Part shown: positions 38,574 through 47,455 of the stretch, piece by piece | Layout: every line of letters begins with the position of its first letter | How positions within the stretch are numbered: the first letter of the stretch is position 1 | Assembly (NCBI GenBank): GCA_037441565.1 | Contig: JBBIRW010000003.1 | Span: forward strand, 12,953-76,952 | DNA from: Deltaproteobacteria bacterium | Lineage (GTDB): Bacteria; Desulfobacterota; JBBIRW01 | Length of the DNA: 64,000 bases | Reading direction: 5' to 3' | Program-made: the position numbers and the translations under genes | The notes under the pieces: model-generated | What the model was told of the DNA's origin: nothing | The model's input: only the letters and a program-made list of their open reading frames with translations | Database searches by the model: none

Positions 38574-39563
38574 TTAGGGTTTGTATATGATCACATCAGC
38601 AGGCATGCCTGGCTTAAGGAGCATCTCCTTATTTTCCACCAGGATCTTTACCGAAAAAACAAGATGAACCCTTTCCTTCCGTGTTTGAATAAACTTGGGG
38701 GTAAATTCAGCCTTACCTCCAATTTCACTAACAATCCCATGAAAGATCCTTCCAGGGAATGAATCAACCATGATGTCAACCTTAGCCCCTATCATCACCC
38801 TTCCAATCTCATCCTCAGGGATAAATACCCTTACCCATGCATTTTCAATATCACCAATTACAGCCACTGGATAAAGGGGTGAGACCACCTCACCTTCATC
38901 CATGTTTTTAAGAAGAACAACACCCGATACAGGGCTTTCAAGTACTGCCTCATCGAGCTGCTTCCTCGCATATTTCAATGCTGCTTCAGCCTCTCTTACC
39001 CTTTCCCTTGCCTCTTCTATCTGGTATTTCCTTGAGCCCTCTTCAAGCAGTTTTAACTTCTCCTTTGCTTCTCTGACACGTGACTCAGCCTGATCAAGAA
39101 GTGTCTTTGCCTCATCCCTCTTCCTCTCAGGAATAACACCTTCCTCAAAAAGTGCCTTTGCCCTTTCAAATTCGTTCCTTGCAAACACAAAATCGGATTC
39201 TGCCCTCCTTAGTTCTGCCCTTGCCATTTCGATTTCCTGAATCCTAAAGCCTTCAAGAAGATCATTAAGGTATGCCCTTGCCCTCCTCAGGGCCGCCTCT
39301 GCCTCCTCCACCCTTGCCTTCAGCTCCTCATCATCAAGGGTGGCGAGGATCTGCCCTTTTTCAACCCTATCACCTTCTCTGAAGTTTATCTTCTTTATCC
39401 TTCCTGGAATTTTAAATGCAACTTCAACCTGCTTTACCTCCACAGTCCCTGTTGCCCTTAATGTGCTACTGTTCTCTTTAACCCATACCCTGTATGTCCT
39501 TATACCAAGGAGGAAAAAACCAGCTATGATGGCAATACTCGCATATATCCACTTACGTCTCAA
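38574..39563 (-). CDS. HlyD-family membrane fusion protein (YbhG-like)
   Basis: N-terminal TM segment, a biotin/lipoyl-like half, a long coiled-coil region and a beta-barrel C-terminus. The start codon is TTG (complement of caa at 39561-39563), preceded by a GGGAGGGG RBS. Confidence 0.85.
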   Translation of the reverse strand: MRRKWIYASIAIIAGFFLLGIRTYRVWVKENSSTLRATGTVEVKQVEVAFKIPGRIKKINFREGDRVEKGQILATLDDEELKARVEEAEAALRRARAYLNDLLEGFRIQEIEMARAELRRAESDFVFARNEFERAKALFEEGVIPERKRDEAKTLLDQAESRVREAKEKLKLLEEGSRKYQIEEARERVREAEAALKYARKQLDEAVLESPVSGVVLLKNMDEGEVVSPLYPVAVIGDIENAWVRVFIPEDEIGRVMIGAKVDIMVDSFPGRIFHGIVSEIGGKAEFTPKFIQTRKERVHLVFSVKILVENKEMLLKPGMPADVIIYKP

Positions 39564-39574
39564 AACCCCTCCCT

Positions 39575-40720
39575 TTAAACCTTAAATCTGAGAAGGGCAC
39601 CTATTTGAATGGGTTTATCGTTGTAATAGAAATCATAGTGGATCTCTTTTAGTTCACTCCCTGTGCTTATAGAGAGATTTACTGCATCATCAACAATATT
39701 TTCCCTCTCCTCCATCTCCTTTCTGCAGTAGGGGCATGCCTCCTGCCTCCACCAGATATAACCGCACTCCCTGCATATGGCACCCTTTTCCCTGTAGCCT
39801 TCACGCACGATGAGCAAGCGAACAGCCCCCTTCTGTATTGCGAAGAGCGTATTATCAAGTCCAAAACAACCAGGTCCCTTTGAGGAAACCTCTTTAAAAA
39901 TCTCATCCATAAGCCTTTTCTCTTCCGCCTTTCTTATCTCCTCCTCCACCGATCTCATGACCTCCTGCACCTGGGATACAGGTGCATTGATAGCCATATC
40001 CAGCCTTGCTGCAATCCGGCTTTTCAGGTTATTTGGAAGATGAAGCTCAAATTTGCTGATGAGTTTCTGATTCCCTCCAATGATCATATATTCAATATCC
40101 CGAATTTTGAAGAATTCAGAGACTGCATCACCAACCCTTTTAAGGTATCTCTGCAGGTGATCCTCTATGTGTCTCTCAATTCGTCTTTCCGCAAGTCCAT
40201 ACCATCCCGCCATCTTTACCTTTGATGGAACATCACTTAGCATGTGTGACTCTTCACTTATAATACCCATGTAGTAGTGGAATATACGGGATGCATCCCT
40301 GTCAAGGATTACCATCCCGAATCTATGATACCCATCCATCAGAAACATAAGCGGTTTAATAAAAGGCCTGCTATCAACAATCATCATATTTCTTACAGGT
40401 ACTGGAAGGCAAATTAATTCCCAGAGTCCAGCATTGCGAGATGAGAAAAGAACGAGACCTTTTGTTCCTTTTCTCTCAAATTTCCGTGTTACAAAATTAA
40501 GGGTATCCTGAAGCTCTTTTTCAATAATTAATCTCTTTTCCCTTTCAACCTCGAGTCTTTCCATCTCTTCCTTTTTCTCCTTTATCAATCCTTTGAGCAC
40601 GATTTCATACTCCTTTTTTGGATACAATTTCCCATCGACATTGAGATAAAGACTCACCACAGGGAAGCCTTTTGTATCCATTGAGATGATCTCTTTTACT
40701 TTCTGCAAAACATTAATCAT
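39575..40720 (-). CDS. bacterial eRF1/Pelota-like (baeRF-type) protein with C-terminal zinc ribbon; GGQ motif absent
   Basis: Central domain (HRFGMVILDRDASRIFHYYMG) and C-terminal domain (GPGCFGLDNTLFAIQKGAVRLLIV) follow the eRF1/Dom34 domain 2-3 pattern. A CRECGY...CPYC insert forms a Zn ribbon. The GGQ-loop position reads MAGWYG, so peptidyl-tRNA hydrolysis is not expected. Confidence 0.6.
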   Translation of the reverse strand: MINVLQKVKEIISMDTKGFPVVSLYLNVDGKLYPKKEYEIVLKGLIKEKKEEMERLEVEREKRLIIEKELQDTLNFVTRKFERKGTKGLVLFSSRNAGLWELICLPVPVRNMMIVDSRPFIKPLMFLMDGYHRFGMVILDRDASRIFHYYMGIISEESHMLSDVPSKVKMAGWYGLAERRIERHIEDHLQRYLKRVGDAVSEFFKIRDIEYMIIGGNQKLISKFELHLPNNLKSRIAARLDMAINAPVSQVQEVMRSVEEEIRKAEEKRLMDEIFKEVSSKGPGCFGLDNTLFAIQKGAVRLLIVREGYREKGAICRECGYIWWRQEACPYCRKEMEERENIVDDAVNLSISTGSELKEIHYDFYYNDKPIQIGALLRFKV

Positions 40721-40730
40721 AAAAAACCCC

Positions 40731-41459
40731 CTATTTAGCTCTGCCGTGATATATTGAAAACATCTCTTTCATGCGGATGGCATCTTCAAACATCGAGATA
40801 TTATTAAACATGAAATATCCTTCCTTAAAATCCTCTGTCATCTCAATGAGCTTCTTCAGATCACTATAAGTGTATTTATATCTGTACCCATCCCTTCCAT
40901 GCAATCGTAGATAGAATATTGAGAAGCCTGGAGGTATTGTTCTGAAAGGGTCCAGGCATGGGACTAAATCAAGTTCCCTGCATATATGGAAGATCTGCTC
41001 ATTTTCCCAGTATCCCCTTGGTTCCCAAACACATATTATCCCCTTCCTTTCGATCTTTCTGAAAAATCCTTTTAAATTTCTTATGCTCTCATCTGATGGA
41101 ATGAATGATGAAGAGGTCTGAAAAACAACAATCCGTGATGAAAGGACTTCAGCAATTTTTCTTACAACCTCCCACGCTTCAAAAACCTCGTCAGTATTCT
41201 GAAAATTTCCATATCTCCCCTTCTTACCCTCATCAATCCTTCTCTTTAATCTCCTGTATGTTGGGCTTGTGGGAGAATGGGTAATGAGCTGCCAGGCCTT
41301 TACAGTAAATTCAAAACCCTCAGGAACATCCTTTCTCCATTTCTCAATAGTTGAAAGACAAGGTGGATCATAGAAGATCTGCTGAACCTCAACAACATCA
41401 AGATACCTCACATACTTTTCCCTTGATACGGAAAAGCCACAACATCCAACCCTTATCAT
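40731..41459 (-). CDS. DUF72 (YecE/UPF0759) family protein
   Basis: TIM-barrel-like DUF72 pattern: N-terminal ...IRVGCCGFS..., ...FEFTVKAWQ..., ...YLRLHGR.... Confidence 0.75.
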   Translation of the reverse strand: MIRVGCCGFSVSREKYVRYLDVVEVQQIFYDPPCLSTIEKWRKDVPEGFEFTVKAWQLITHSPTSPTYRRLKRRIDEGKKGRYGNFQNTDEVFEAWEVVRKIAEVLSSRIVVFQTSSSFIPSDESIRNLKGFFRKIERKGIICVWEPRGYWENEQIFHICRELDLVPCLDPFRTIPPGFSIFYLRLHGRDGYRYKYTYSDLKKLIEMTEDFKEGYFMFNNISMFEDAIRMKEMFSIYHGRAK

Positions 41460-41905
41460 AAATCTTTATTCCTGGAAATGTCCTTTATAATTACAGATGC
41501 CTTAAGAATGATATCCCTTTCACTATCATAGTTCATAATCTTCACAGCCTCCTCAATTGGAAACCACCTTACCTCCTCAACCTCAAAGTCGTGATCCTCA
41601 ACACTTCCAGATAGATATTCAAGGAGATAGAAATGAACAGTTTTATTGATCTTGCTTTCGCTCTCCCTATCATAAAACCAGTAGTTTATCTCGCCTATCT
41701 TATCCACAATCCTTCCATCAAGTCCTGTTTCCTCTTTTACCTCCCTTGCGGCTGTCTTTTCAAGATCCTCTGATTCCTCAACGATCCCCTTTGGTAAGCA
41801 CCAGATCCTGCCACCTCCTCTGCGTATAAGGGCAATAAATACCCTCTCTCCTTCACTCCTGTATATGACACCTCCGGATGAGACTTGCTTTATAATTCTC
41901 CCCAT
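41456..41905 (-). CDS. NUDIX hydrolase
   Basis: Nudix box GIVEESEDLEKTAAREVKEETGL (Gx5Ex7REUxEExGU), 149 aa. Confidence 0.88.
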   Translation of the reverse strand: MGRIIKQVSSGGVIYRSEGERVFIALIRRGGGRIWCLPKGIVEESEDLEKTAAREVKEETGLDGRIVDKIGEINYWFYDRESESKINKTVHFYLLEYLSGSVEDHDFEVEEVRWFPIEEAVKIMNYDSERDIILKASVIIKDISRNKDL

Positions 41906-42975
41906 AGCGAACTCCTGCCAAGCTCTCTTCCAGAGCTACATATCTTTAATGAGCCCAGCTGAAGAAATCTTACCCTTGCTGGAATCTTCAGTGGTGTAAG
42001 TATATGAAATACACATCTTCTTATATCAAATTTTATCAATATTCCAAGGGCAATTGTATTTAAATGCCTGTCACTCAGACCAACAAGGAGATTTTCGAAA
42101 TCCTCTATTTCGTAAATCTCTAATTCATTAACAGAAAAGACATCCTTTATTCTGAAAAGATTTTCCCTGCTATAACCTCCCCTCGTGATTATGGTCATCC
42201 TGTTTGTCTTTCTTTCCGCATAGAGCACAGATGTTTCGAGTTCCCTCGATAGGAAGGAAAGGTCACTACTTGTAACCCTCTTCCCAATCCCAATTGTTGC
42301 ACCTATTATGGATATATCCTCGATGGGAAACTCCAGTTCTGATGCCATGGAAAAATATTCTCCAAACATCTTCTCCCTGTATGCCTTTCTTGCCTCCCTT
42401 TCCCTCTGTTTCACTGCCCCAACCGGTTTTAACTCATAGATCCTTAAATCCTCCATCTTCCTGAAAGGGTTCAAGATAGGCTCAAGCTCTCCATCATCAA
42501 TCACAACTATGTTTTCCGGTTTAATTACATCTATTTTGTACAGTTTAAGCGTCCTTGCTGCCCTTCCATGGATAAGACCTGATGTGTCAACAATAGTGTA
42601 TTCACAGCCAAGATAAGCTGACCTCTCCATAAGTGCCTTTACACCAGCAATGATAGGAACAAAGAATCCAACAGGTGAGGTGGAACCTATGAATCTGGTT
42701 CCCACACATCTGATTTCATATCTACCTTCCTGCTTCTTTCTTGCAAGTCCTAATGCTATTGTTGTGGGAAGACCGATTGACTGTTGACCGACATCTGTAT
42801 CGAGCAAACTTACACGCTCGCCTCGCATTGTAAGTTCATCAACGATAAACCTTGAGAGTGTGCTCTTTCCTGAATCGGTTTTTCCGAGAATTACAGTTGG
42901 ACCCCTTCTCTTTCTTATTTCAGAAACAAGATCGACCCATTCGGGCGGGATCAGAATTTTATCTCTCCTTTCCAT
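41890..42975 (-). CDS. Clp1/Grc3-family P-loop polynucleotide 5'-hydroxyl kinase-like protein
   Basis: Walker A GKTDSGKSTL followed by the Clp1-diagnostic LDxDxGQ motif (LLDTDVGQQSIGLP) and a Walker B-like IVDTSG. Overall Clp1 N-/central-/C-domain proportions at about 360 aa. Confidence 0.65.
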   Translation of the reverse strand: MERRDKILIPPEWVDLVSEIRKRRGPTVILGKTDSGKSTLSRFIVDELTMRGERVSLLDTDVGQQSIGLPTTIALGLARKKQEGRYEIRCVGTRFIGSTSPVGFFVPIIAGVKALMERSAYLGCEYTIVDTSGLIHGRAARTLKLYKIDVIKPENIVVIDDGELEPILNPFRKMEDLRIYELKPVGAVKQREREARKAYREKMFGEYFSMASELEFPIEDISIIGATIGIGKRVTSSDLSFLSRELETSVLYAERKTNRMTIITRGGYSRENLFRIKDVFSVNELEIYEIEDFENLLVGLSDRHLNTIALGILIKFDIRRCVFHILTPLKIPARVRFLQLGSLKICSSGRELGRSSLWGEL

Positions 42976-42993
42976 TTTAACTCACCTGAAATC

Positions 42994-44091
42994 TCAATAG
43001 GCATCGGAAAGCAGGTGAACATTTCCGATTCTAACCCTTCTTAATCCCTCTTCGTGGGCAACCTCCATGCATCTCTCCGCATGTGATCTTGATGTCCTCG
43101 GAAGATCTGTAAGATAAAACTGAGGATAGAATCCAAGAAGGGAATAAGGGATCTCAGGGTCAATAGAAGAGATAAAGCGTGCTATGGATCTTACCTCTTT
43201 TTCATCCACATATCCCGGAACAAGTAGTGTGCTTGCAATAAGCAAAGGAGGTTCCCTTCTCTTTTTAACAAATGATGCTGCAAAACGAAAATTCTCCAGG
43301 GTCTGATCATTATATGTATTGCACAGTGCCATATGGAGATTCTTATCCCATGCCTTTAAATCAAACTTCACACAACCTCCGCTATTAAGTGCAATATTCA
43401 TGATCTCTTCGAGAAAATCCTCCTTCATGGAACCATTCGTCTCCCAGCAGATCCTCAATATCCTCTCCCTCTTTCTCTTCAATGCAATCCTTGATGCTTT
43501 TATAGAATGGATGATCTGGGATGAAGGATCCCCACCAAAATAGCACACGCAGCTCGTTCTCTCATCGATAGCATCAACCAGCTCCTCTGCAGATATACCC
43601 TTTCCCTTTATGTCCATCCTTCTGAAATGCCAGTTCTGACAGAAAAGGCAGTTGAATGTGCATGCGTGATAGAAAACAGCAAGATTTTTATAACCTATTT
43701 CGGGTCCTTTTTTATAACAGAACTCGGGATAACCCGAGCCAGTCCCTCCTGGACATACCCAGTCAGCAACACAGTTTGTTGGGAGCGGATCATGATAGTA
43801 GCTAAGATAGCCTTCTCCTCCTCCCCTGAGATAACCATCTTCAAACCTCCTTATGCCGCAAAAACCCCTTTCACCTTCCGGGATGATACATCTGTTGCCA
43901 CAAAAATCACATTCCTTACCGCCAACCTTTGGGATCTCCTCTCTTAACCCAAATCTCCTTCTGCTTTCTCTATGCAGTTCGAAAATATCTTCTCTAATAT
44001 CGAAAGAACCTCCCCTTATACAATCCGCACAATATCCAAGAATAGATGAAATGGTCAATGAACGATTTTTACAACTTTTACATCTGCCCAC
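42994..44091 (-). CDS. radical SAM enzyme, pyruvate-formate-lyase-activase-like (AmmeMemoRadiSam/PflX-type) with N-terminal CxxC-CxxC zinc ribbon
   Basis: Radical SAM cluster motif CTFNCLFCQNW (Cx3Cx2C), a preceding C..C...G..G.CG.R element as in the PFL-AE-like subgroup, and an N-terminal CKSC...CADC. Confidence 0.75.
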   Translation of the reverse strand: MGRCKSCKNRSLTISSILGYCADCIRGGSFDIREDIFELHRESRRRFGLREEIPKVGGKECDFCGNRCIIPEGERGFCGIRRFEDGYLRGGGEGYLSYYHDPLPTNCVADWVCPGGTGSGYPEFCYKKGPEIGYKNLAVFYHACTFNCLFCQNWHFRRMDIKGKGISAEELVDAIDERTSCVCYFGGDPSSQIIHSIKASRIALKRKRERILRICWETNGSMKEDFLEEIMNIALNSGGCVKFDLKAWDKNLHMALCNTYNDQTLENFRFAASFVKKRREPPLLIASTLLVPGYVDEKEVRSIARFISSIDPEIPYSLLGFYPQFYLTDLPRTSRSHAERCMEVAHEEGLRRVRIGNVHLLSDAY

Positions 44092-44099
44092 TTATTTCC

Positions 44100-45368
44100 C
44101 TAAAAAAGCTTCATCTGTCTGTCATCACTTATCGGGACATCCTTTCCATGCTCACCTTCGTCATCCCATGCAATGGAAACCTTACCGTAAATACCATCAT
44201 AACCAGGGATTACTTTTACACAACCCTCCCTTACCTTTATAACGCCGGAATATATTTTTTGTGGAAGAAGCTTTGAAAGTTCTTCAGGGGTAAGGTTCAG
44301 AAGTATATTAAATTCCGATCCACATTGGGAGACTATTTTTCTATATTCCTTCTCAACCCTTTCTGTTCCCACACCAACCCCTAATGCATCTGCAATGATT
44401 TCCTCAAGCGGAATCAGATGCTTCGCAGGAATCGCGCCTTCTGGAGTATAGCCCTCGGGTCTGTCAGCAAGCTCCTCGACCCTGTGCATAACACCTATGG
44501 TTAATGGAGAATTACATACTGGACACCTGTTATTATACTTTCTACTCTCAGCAGGAGAAAGGGAAACCCCACAATTCCTGTGACCATCGAAATGGTATTT
44601 ACCTTCCTGGGGAAAGAACTCAATTGTAAAACGAAACTTATCCCTGGATTTCGTCTTTAAGGACTCCACAATATCCCTGTATGTAAGGGGGCAATTGAAA
44701 ACATTTGCCTCCCTTCCAATTCTCGATGGTGAATGGGCATCTGAATTAGAGATCAGGGTAATATTATCAAGTGCTGACAGACGCCAGTTCATCTGTGGAT
44801 CTGAGGAAAGACCTGTCTCAATGACCCTTATCAGATCTGCCTGATCCTCAAATGCCTCCTCAATGGAATCAAAACCGGAGAATGAACCGAAGAGGGAAAA
44901 CCAGGGTGTCCATACATGTGCAGGGATGATCATTGCATCAGGAGAGATATCGTAAACCATCTTTACCAGATCCTTTACAGGAAATCCGAACACCGGTCTT
45001 CCATCTGATCCGATCTTACCCATTCGTGAAAGCAATGAATTAAGTTTTTCAGCAGCTTCAAAGGATGGAAGGAAGATGATGCAGTGAACTTTTCTGAGCC
45101 TTCCACCACTTGAAAAGATGTTGCTAACCTCTCCTGTGAGCATGAATTTTACCGATGGATCACCCTTCTTTAATGAGAATAGCCCATTTCCCTCAGGTTT
45201 GAGCTTTCCCATCAATTCTGCAAAGTATGTTGGATGGGTAAAATCACCTGTTCCAAGAAGGTTTATCCCCTTCAGCTTTGCCCATTTCGCCATATTCTCC
45301 ACATCCATATCCCTGCTCGTTGCCCTGCTATACTTCGAATGGACATGAAAATCCGCAATAATCCTCAT
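44100..45368 (-). CDS. endonuclease Q-like PHP-domain nuclease (TIGR00375-type) with C4 zinc finger
   Basis: PHP motifs (DFHVHSKYS; GTGD; PAHVWTPW; SNSDAHSP), a CPVC...C zinc finger and C-terminal VIPGYDGIYGKV. Length 422 aa fits EndoQ. Confidence 0.7.
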   Translation of the reverse strand: MRIIADFHVHSKYSRATSRDMDVENMAKWAKLKGINLLGTGDFTHPTYFAELMGKLKPEGNGLFSLKKGDPSVKFMLTGEVSNIFSSGGRLRKVHCIIFLPSFEAAEKLNSLLSRMGKIGSDGRPVFGFPVKDLVKMVYDISPDAMIIPAHVWTPWFSLFGSFSGFDSIEEAFEDQADLIRVIETGLSSDPQMNWRLSALDNITLISNSDAHSPSRIGREANVFNCPLTYRDIVESLKTKSRDKFRFTIEFFPQEGKYHFDGHRNCGVSLSPAESRKYNNRCPVCNSPLTIGVMHRVEELADRPEGYTPEGAIPAKHLIPLEEIIADALGVGVGTERVEKEYRKIVSQCGSEFNILLNLTPEELSKLLPQKIYSGVIKVREGCVKVIPGYDGIYGKVSIAWDDEGEHGKDVPISDDRQMKLF

Positions 45369-45407
45369 GAAAACCCCCTTTTGAACATTACATGTTTCCC
45401 TTTCTGG

Positions 45408-45662
45408 CTATTCAATAACCCTGTAGACAAGATCAGAAGGTCTTACCCTCTCACTGACCTTTATCCCCACGAGATCCCCCTCTGATGCTGTTTCTACATT
45501 CTGGTGTTCAATCTGCATGGACTCAACCCTCTGCACAAAGTCAGTGGTGTTTCCCTGAAAATGGAGGGAGTCCCCTAACCTTATAGAACCCTTTGTAATC
45601 TTTACTGCTGCAACCCCTATCTTTGCAAAATATTTAACAACCTCTCCAACCTTTTCTTCCAT
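45408..45662 (-). CDS. small EF-Tu-domain-II-like beta-barrel protein (hypothetical)
   Basis: 84 aa with the G.V..G.I..GD.L......V.S.......V..A..GD.VGI pattern typical of translation-GTPase domain 2 barrels. Lies between the EndoQ and PolX genes. Confidence 0.4.
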   Translation of the reverse strand: MEEKVGEVVKYFAKIGVAAVKITKGSIRLGDSLHFQGNTTDFVQRVESMQIEHQNVETASEGDLVGIKVSERVRPSDLVYRVIE

Positions 45663-45683
45663 AAAAACCTCCTGATTCAGGTT

Positions 45684-47402
45684 TTATCTCCCTCTCGAGG
45701 TCCTCTTAATAAGTTCATTAAGAGGGAGGGTATTCAATACATCATCCTTTGTCAGCCAGCCTCTCCTCGCTACAGCTATACCAAATTCCATCAGTTCAAG
45801 ATGATTTATAATATGTGCATCCGTATTTATACAAAGCTTTACCCCTAACTCTTTTGCCCTCCTTGAGAGGATATCATTTAAATCCATCCTCTGAGGGTAA
45901 GCATTTACCTCAAGCGAAATATCTCTCCTCTTTGCCTCTTTCATAATAAGGTCGAAGTCCAGCTCATAAGCCTCCCTTTCTCCAATAAGCCTTCCAGTGG
46001 GATGGGCTATGATATTTACATAGGGGTTAGACATGGCATTCAGGATCCTTTTTGTAAGAATCTCTTTTCCTGCCTTGAACCCATAATGGATCGATGCAAT
46101 AACTATATCAAGCTTCTTTAGAACCTCATCAGGTAGATCAAGTGATCCATCTCCGAGGATGTCAACCTCAATCCCTTTAAGTATCTTTATCTTTGATTTC
46201 TTATTGAGCCTTTCAATCTCCTCTATCTGGTCCATAACTTCCTCTGGTCCCATCCCCCTTGCAATCCCAAGGGATTTTGTGTGATCTGCTATCGCTATAT
46301 ACTCGTAACCCTTTTTTTCTGCATATCTGGCAATCTCCTCTATATCATGAGCACCATCACTCCATTTAGAGTGTATGTGGAGATCTCCTCTTATATCAGA
46401 TAGTTCAATAAGCTGAGGAAGTCTTCCTTCGGCTGCTGCCTCAATCTCCCCCTGGTCCTCCCTTAATTCCGGTGAAATCCATTTGAGTCCGAGCGCACTG
46501 TAAACCTCATCCTCCTCCTTTCCCGCGATCTTTTTCCCTGTTTTTTCATCAAAAACGCCATATTCACTTATTTTCAGGCCCAGCCTATCTGCTATCTGTC
46601 TTAGGTGTATATTATGATTCTTTGATCCTGTGAAATACTGAAGCGCTGCACCGAAACTTTCAGGTTCAACGACCCTCAGATCAACCTGAAGCCCATCATG
46701 GGTAAGCACGCTGGACTTTGTTGAACCCTTGGCAAGCACATCAGCGACATAGGGAAGAGAAACGAAATGATCCATAATCTTTTTTGGATCATGGGAAATT
46801 ATGAGTATATCCACATCCTTTATGGTTTCTTTCATCCTCCTTAAACTCCCCGCTATATTTAATCTCTTTACCTCTTTGAGCGAAAGTAGTGCCTTTTCAA
46901 ACTCCCTGGCAATGGGAAGAACCCTTCCAAGGGGCATCCTCTCCCTCCCCTTTTTATAAAGCTCTATACCCTTTCTGATATTCTCCTCGGTTTTTTCCCT
47001 TATCCCTGGAAGTTTACACAGCTTGTGACTTTTTGCAGCCTCCTCCAGTTCTTCTATAGTTTTTATCCCAAGGGATTCATATATAAGCTTTGCAGTCTTT
47101 GGTCCAAGACTGGGTATGGAGAGCATCTGCACAAGTCCTCTGGGTATCTCCTTTTTCAGCTTCTCATAATCCTCAAATGTCCCTCTTTCTATGATCTCAA
47201 CGATCTTCTGTGCGAGGTCTTTGCCTATACCCGGAATCTTTGTAAGCTCGCCCCTTTTGGAAATATCCTCTATATTCTCCGTAAGATTTTCTATATTCTG
47301 GGCTGCCTTCCGGTAGGCTCTGATTCTGAAAGGGTTTTCATCTTTGATTTCGAGGAGATCAGCAACATCGTTGAATATCCTTGCAATTTCCATGTTTCTC
47401 AT
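45684..47402 (-). CDS. DNA polymerase X (Pol-beta-like polymerase + C-terminal PHP 3'-5' exonuclease/AP endonuclease domain)
   Basis: N-terminal 8-kDa/HhH domain (IARIFNDVADLLEIKDENPFRIRAYRKAA), Pol-beta palm (GS.RR..E...D.DIL) and C-terminal PHP motifs (DLHIHSKWSDG, ADH). Confidence 0.92.
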   Translation of the reverse strand: MRNMEIARIFNDVADLLEIKDENPFRIRAYRKAAQNIENLTENIEDISKRGELTKIPGIGKDLAQKIVEIIERGTFEDYEKLKKEIPRGLVQMLSIPSLGPKTAKLIYESLGIKTIEELEEAAKSHKLCKLPGIREKTEENIRKGIELYKKGRERMPLGRVLPIAREFEKALLSLKEVKRLNIAGSLRRMKETIKDVDILIISHDPKKIMDHFVSLPYVADVLAKGSTKSSVLTHDGLQVDLRVVEPESFGAALQYFTGSKNHNIHLRQIADRLGLKISEYGVFDEKTGKKIAGKEEDEVYSALGLKWISPELREDQGEIEAAAEGRLPQLIELSDIRGDLHIHSKWSDGAHDIEEIARYAEKKGYEYIAIADHTKSLGIARGMGPEEVMDQIEEIERLNKKSKIKILKGIEVDILGDGSLDLPDEVLKKLDIVIASIHYGFKAGKEILTKRILNAMSNPYVNIIAHPTGRLIGEREAYELDFDLIMKEAKRRDISLEVNAYPQRMDLNDILSRRAKELGVKLCINTDAHIINHLELMEFGIAVARRGWLTKDDVLNTLPLNELIKRTSRGR

Positions 47403-47455
47403 GGTTTCACCATGAATAGATTATACTACGGCTTTTCTCCTCCATAAAGTTTCCC

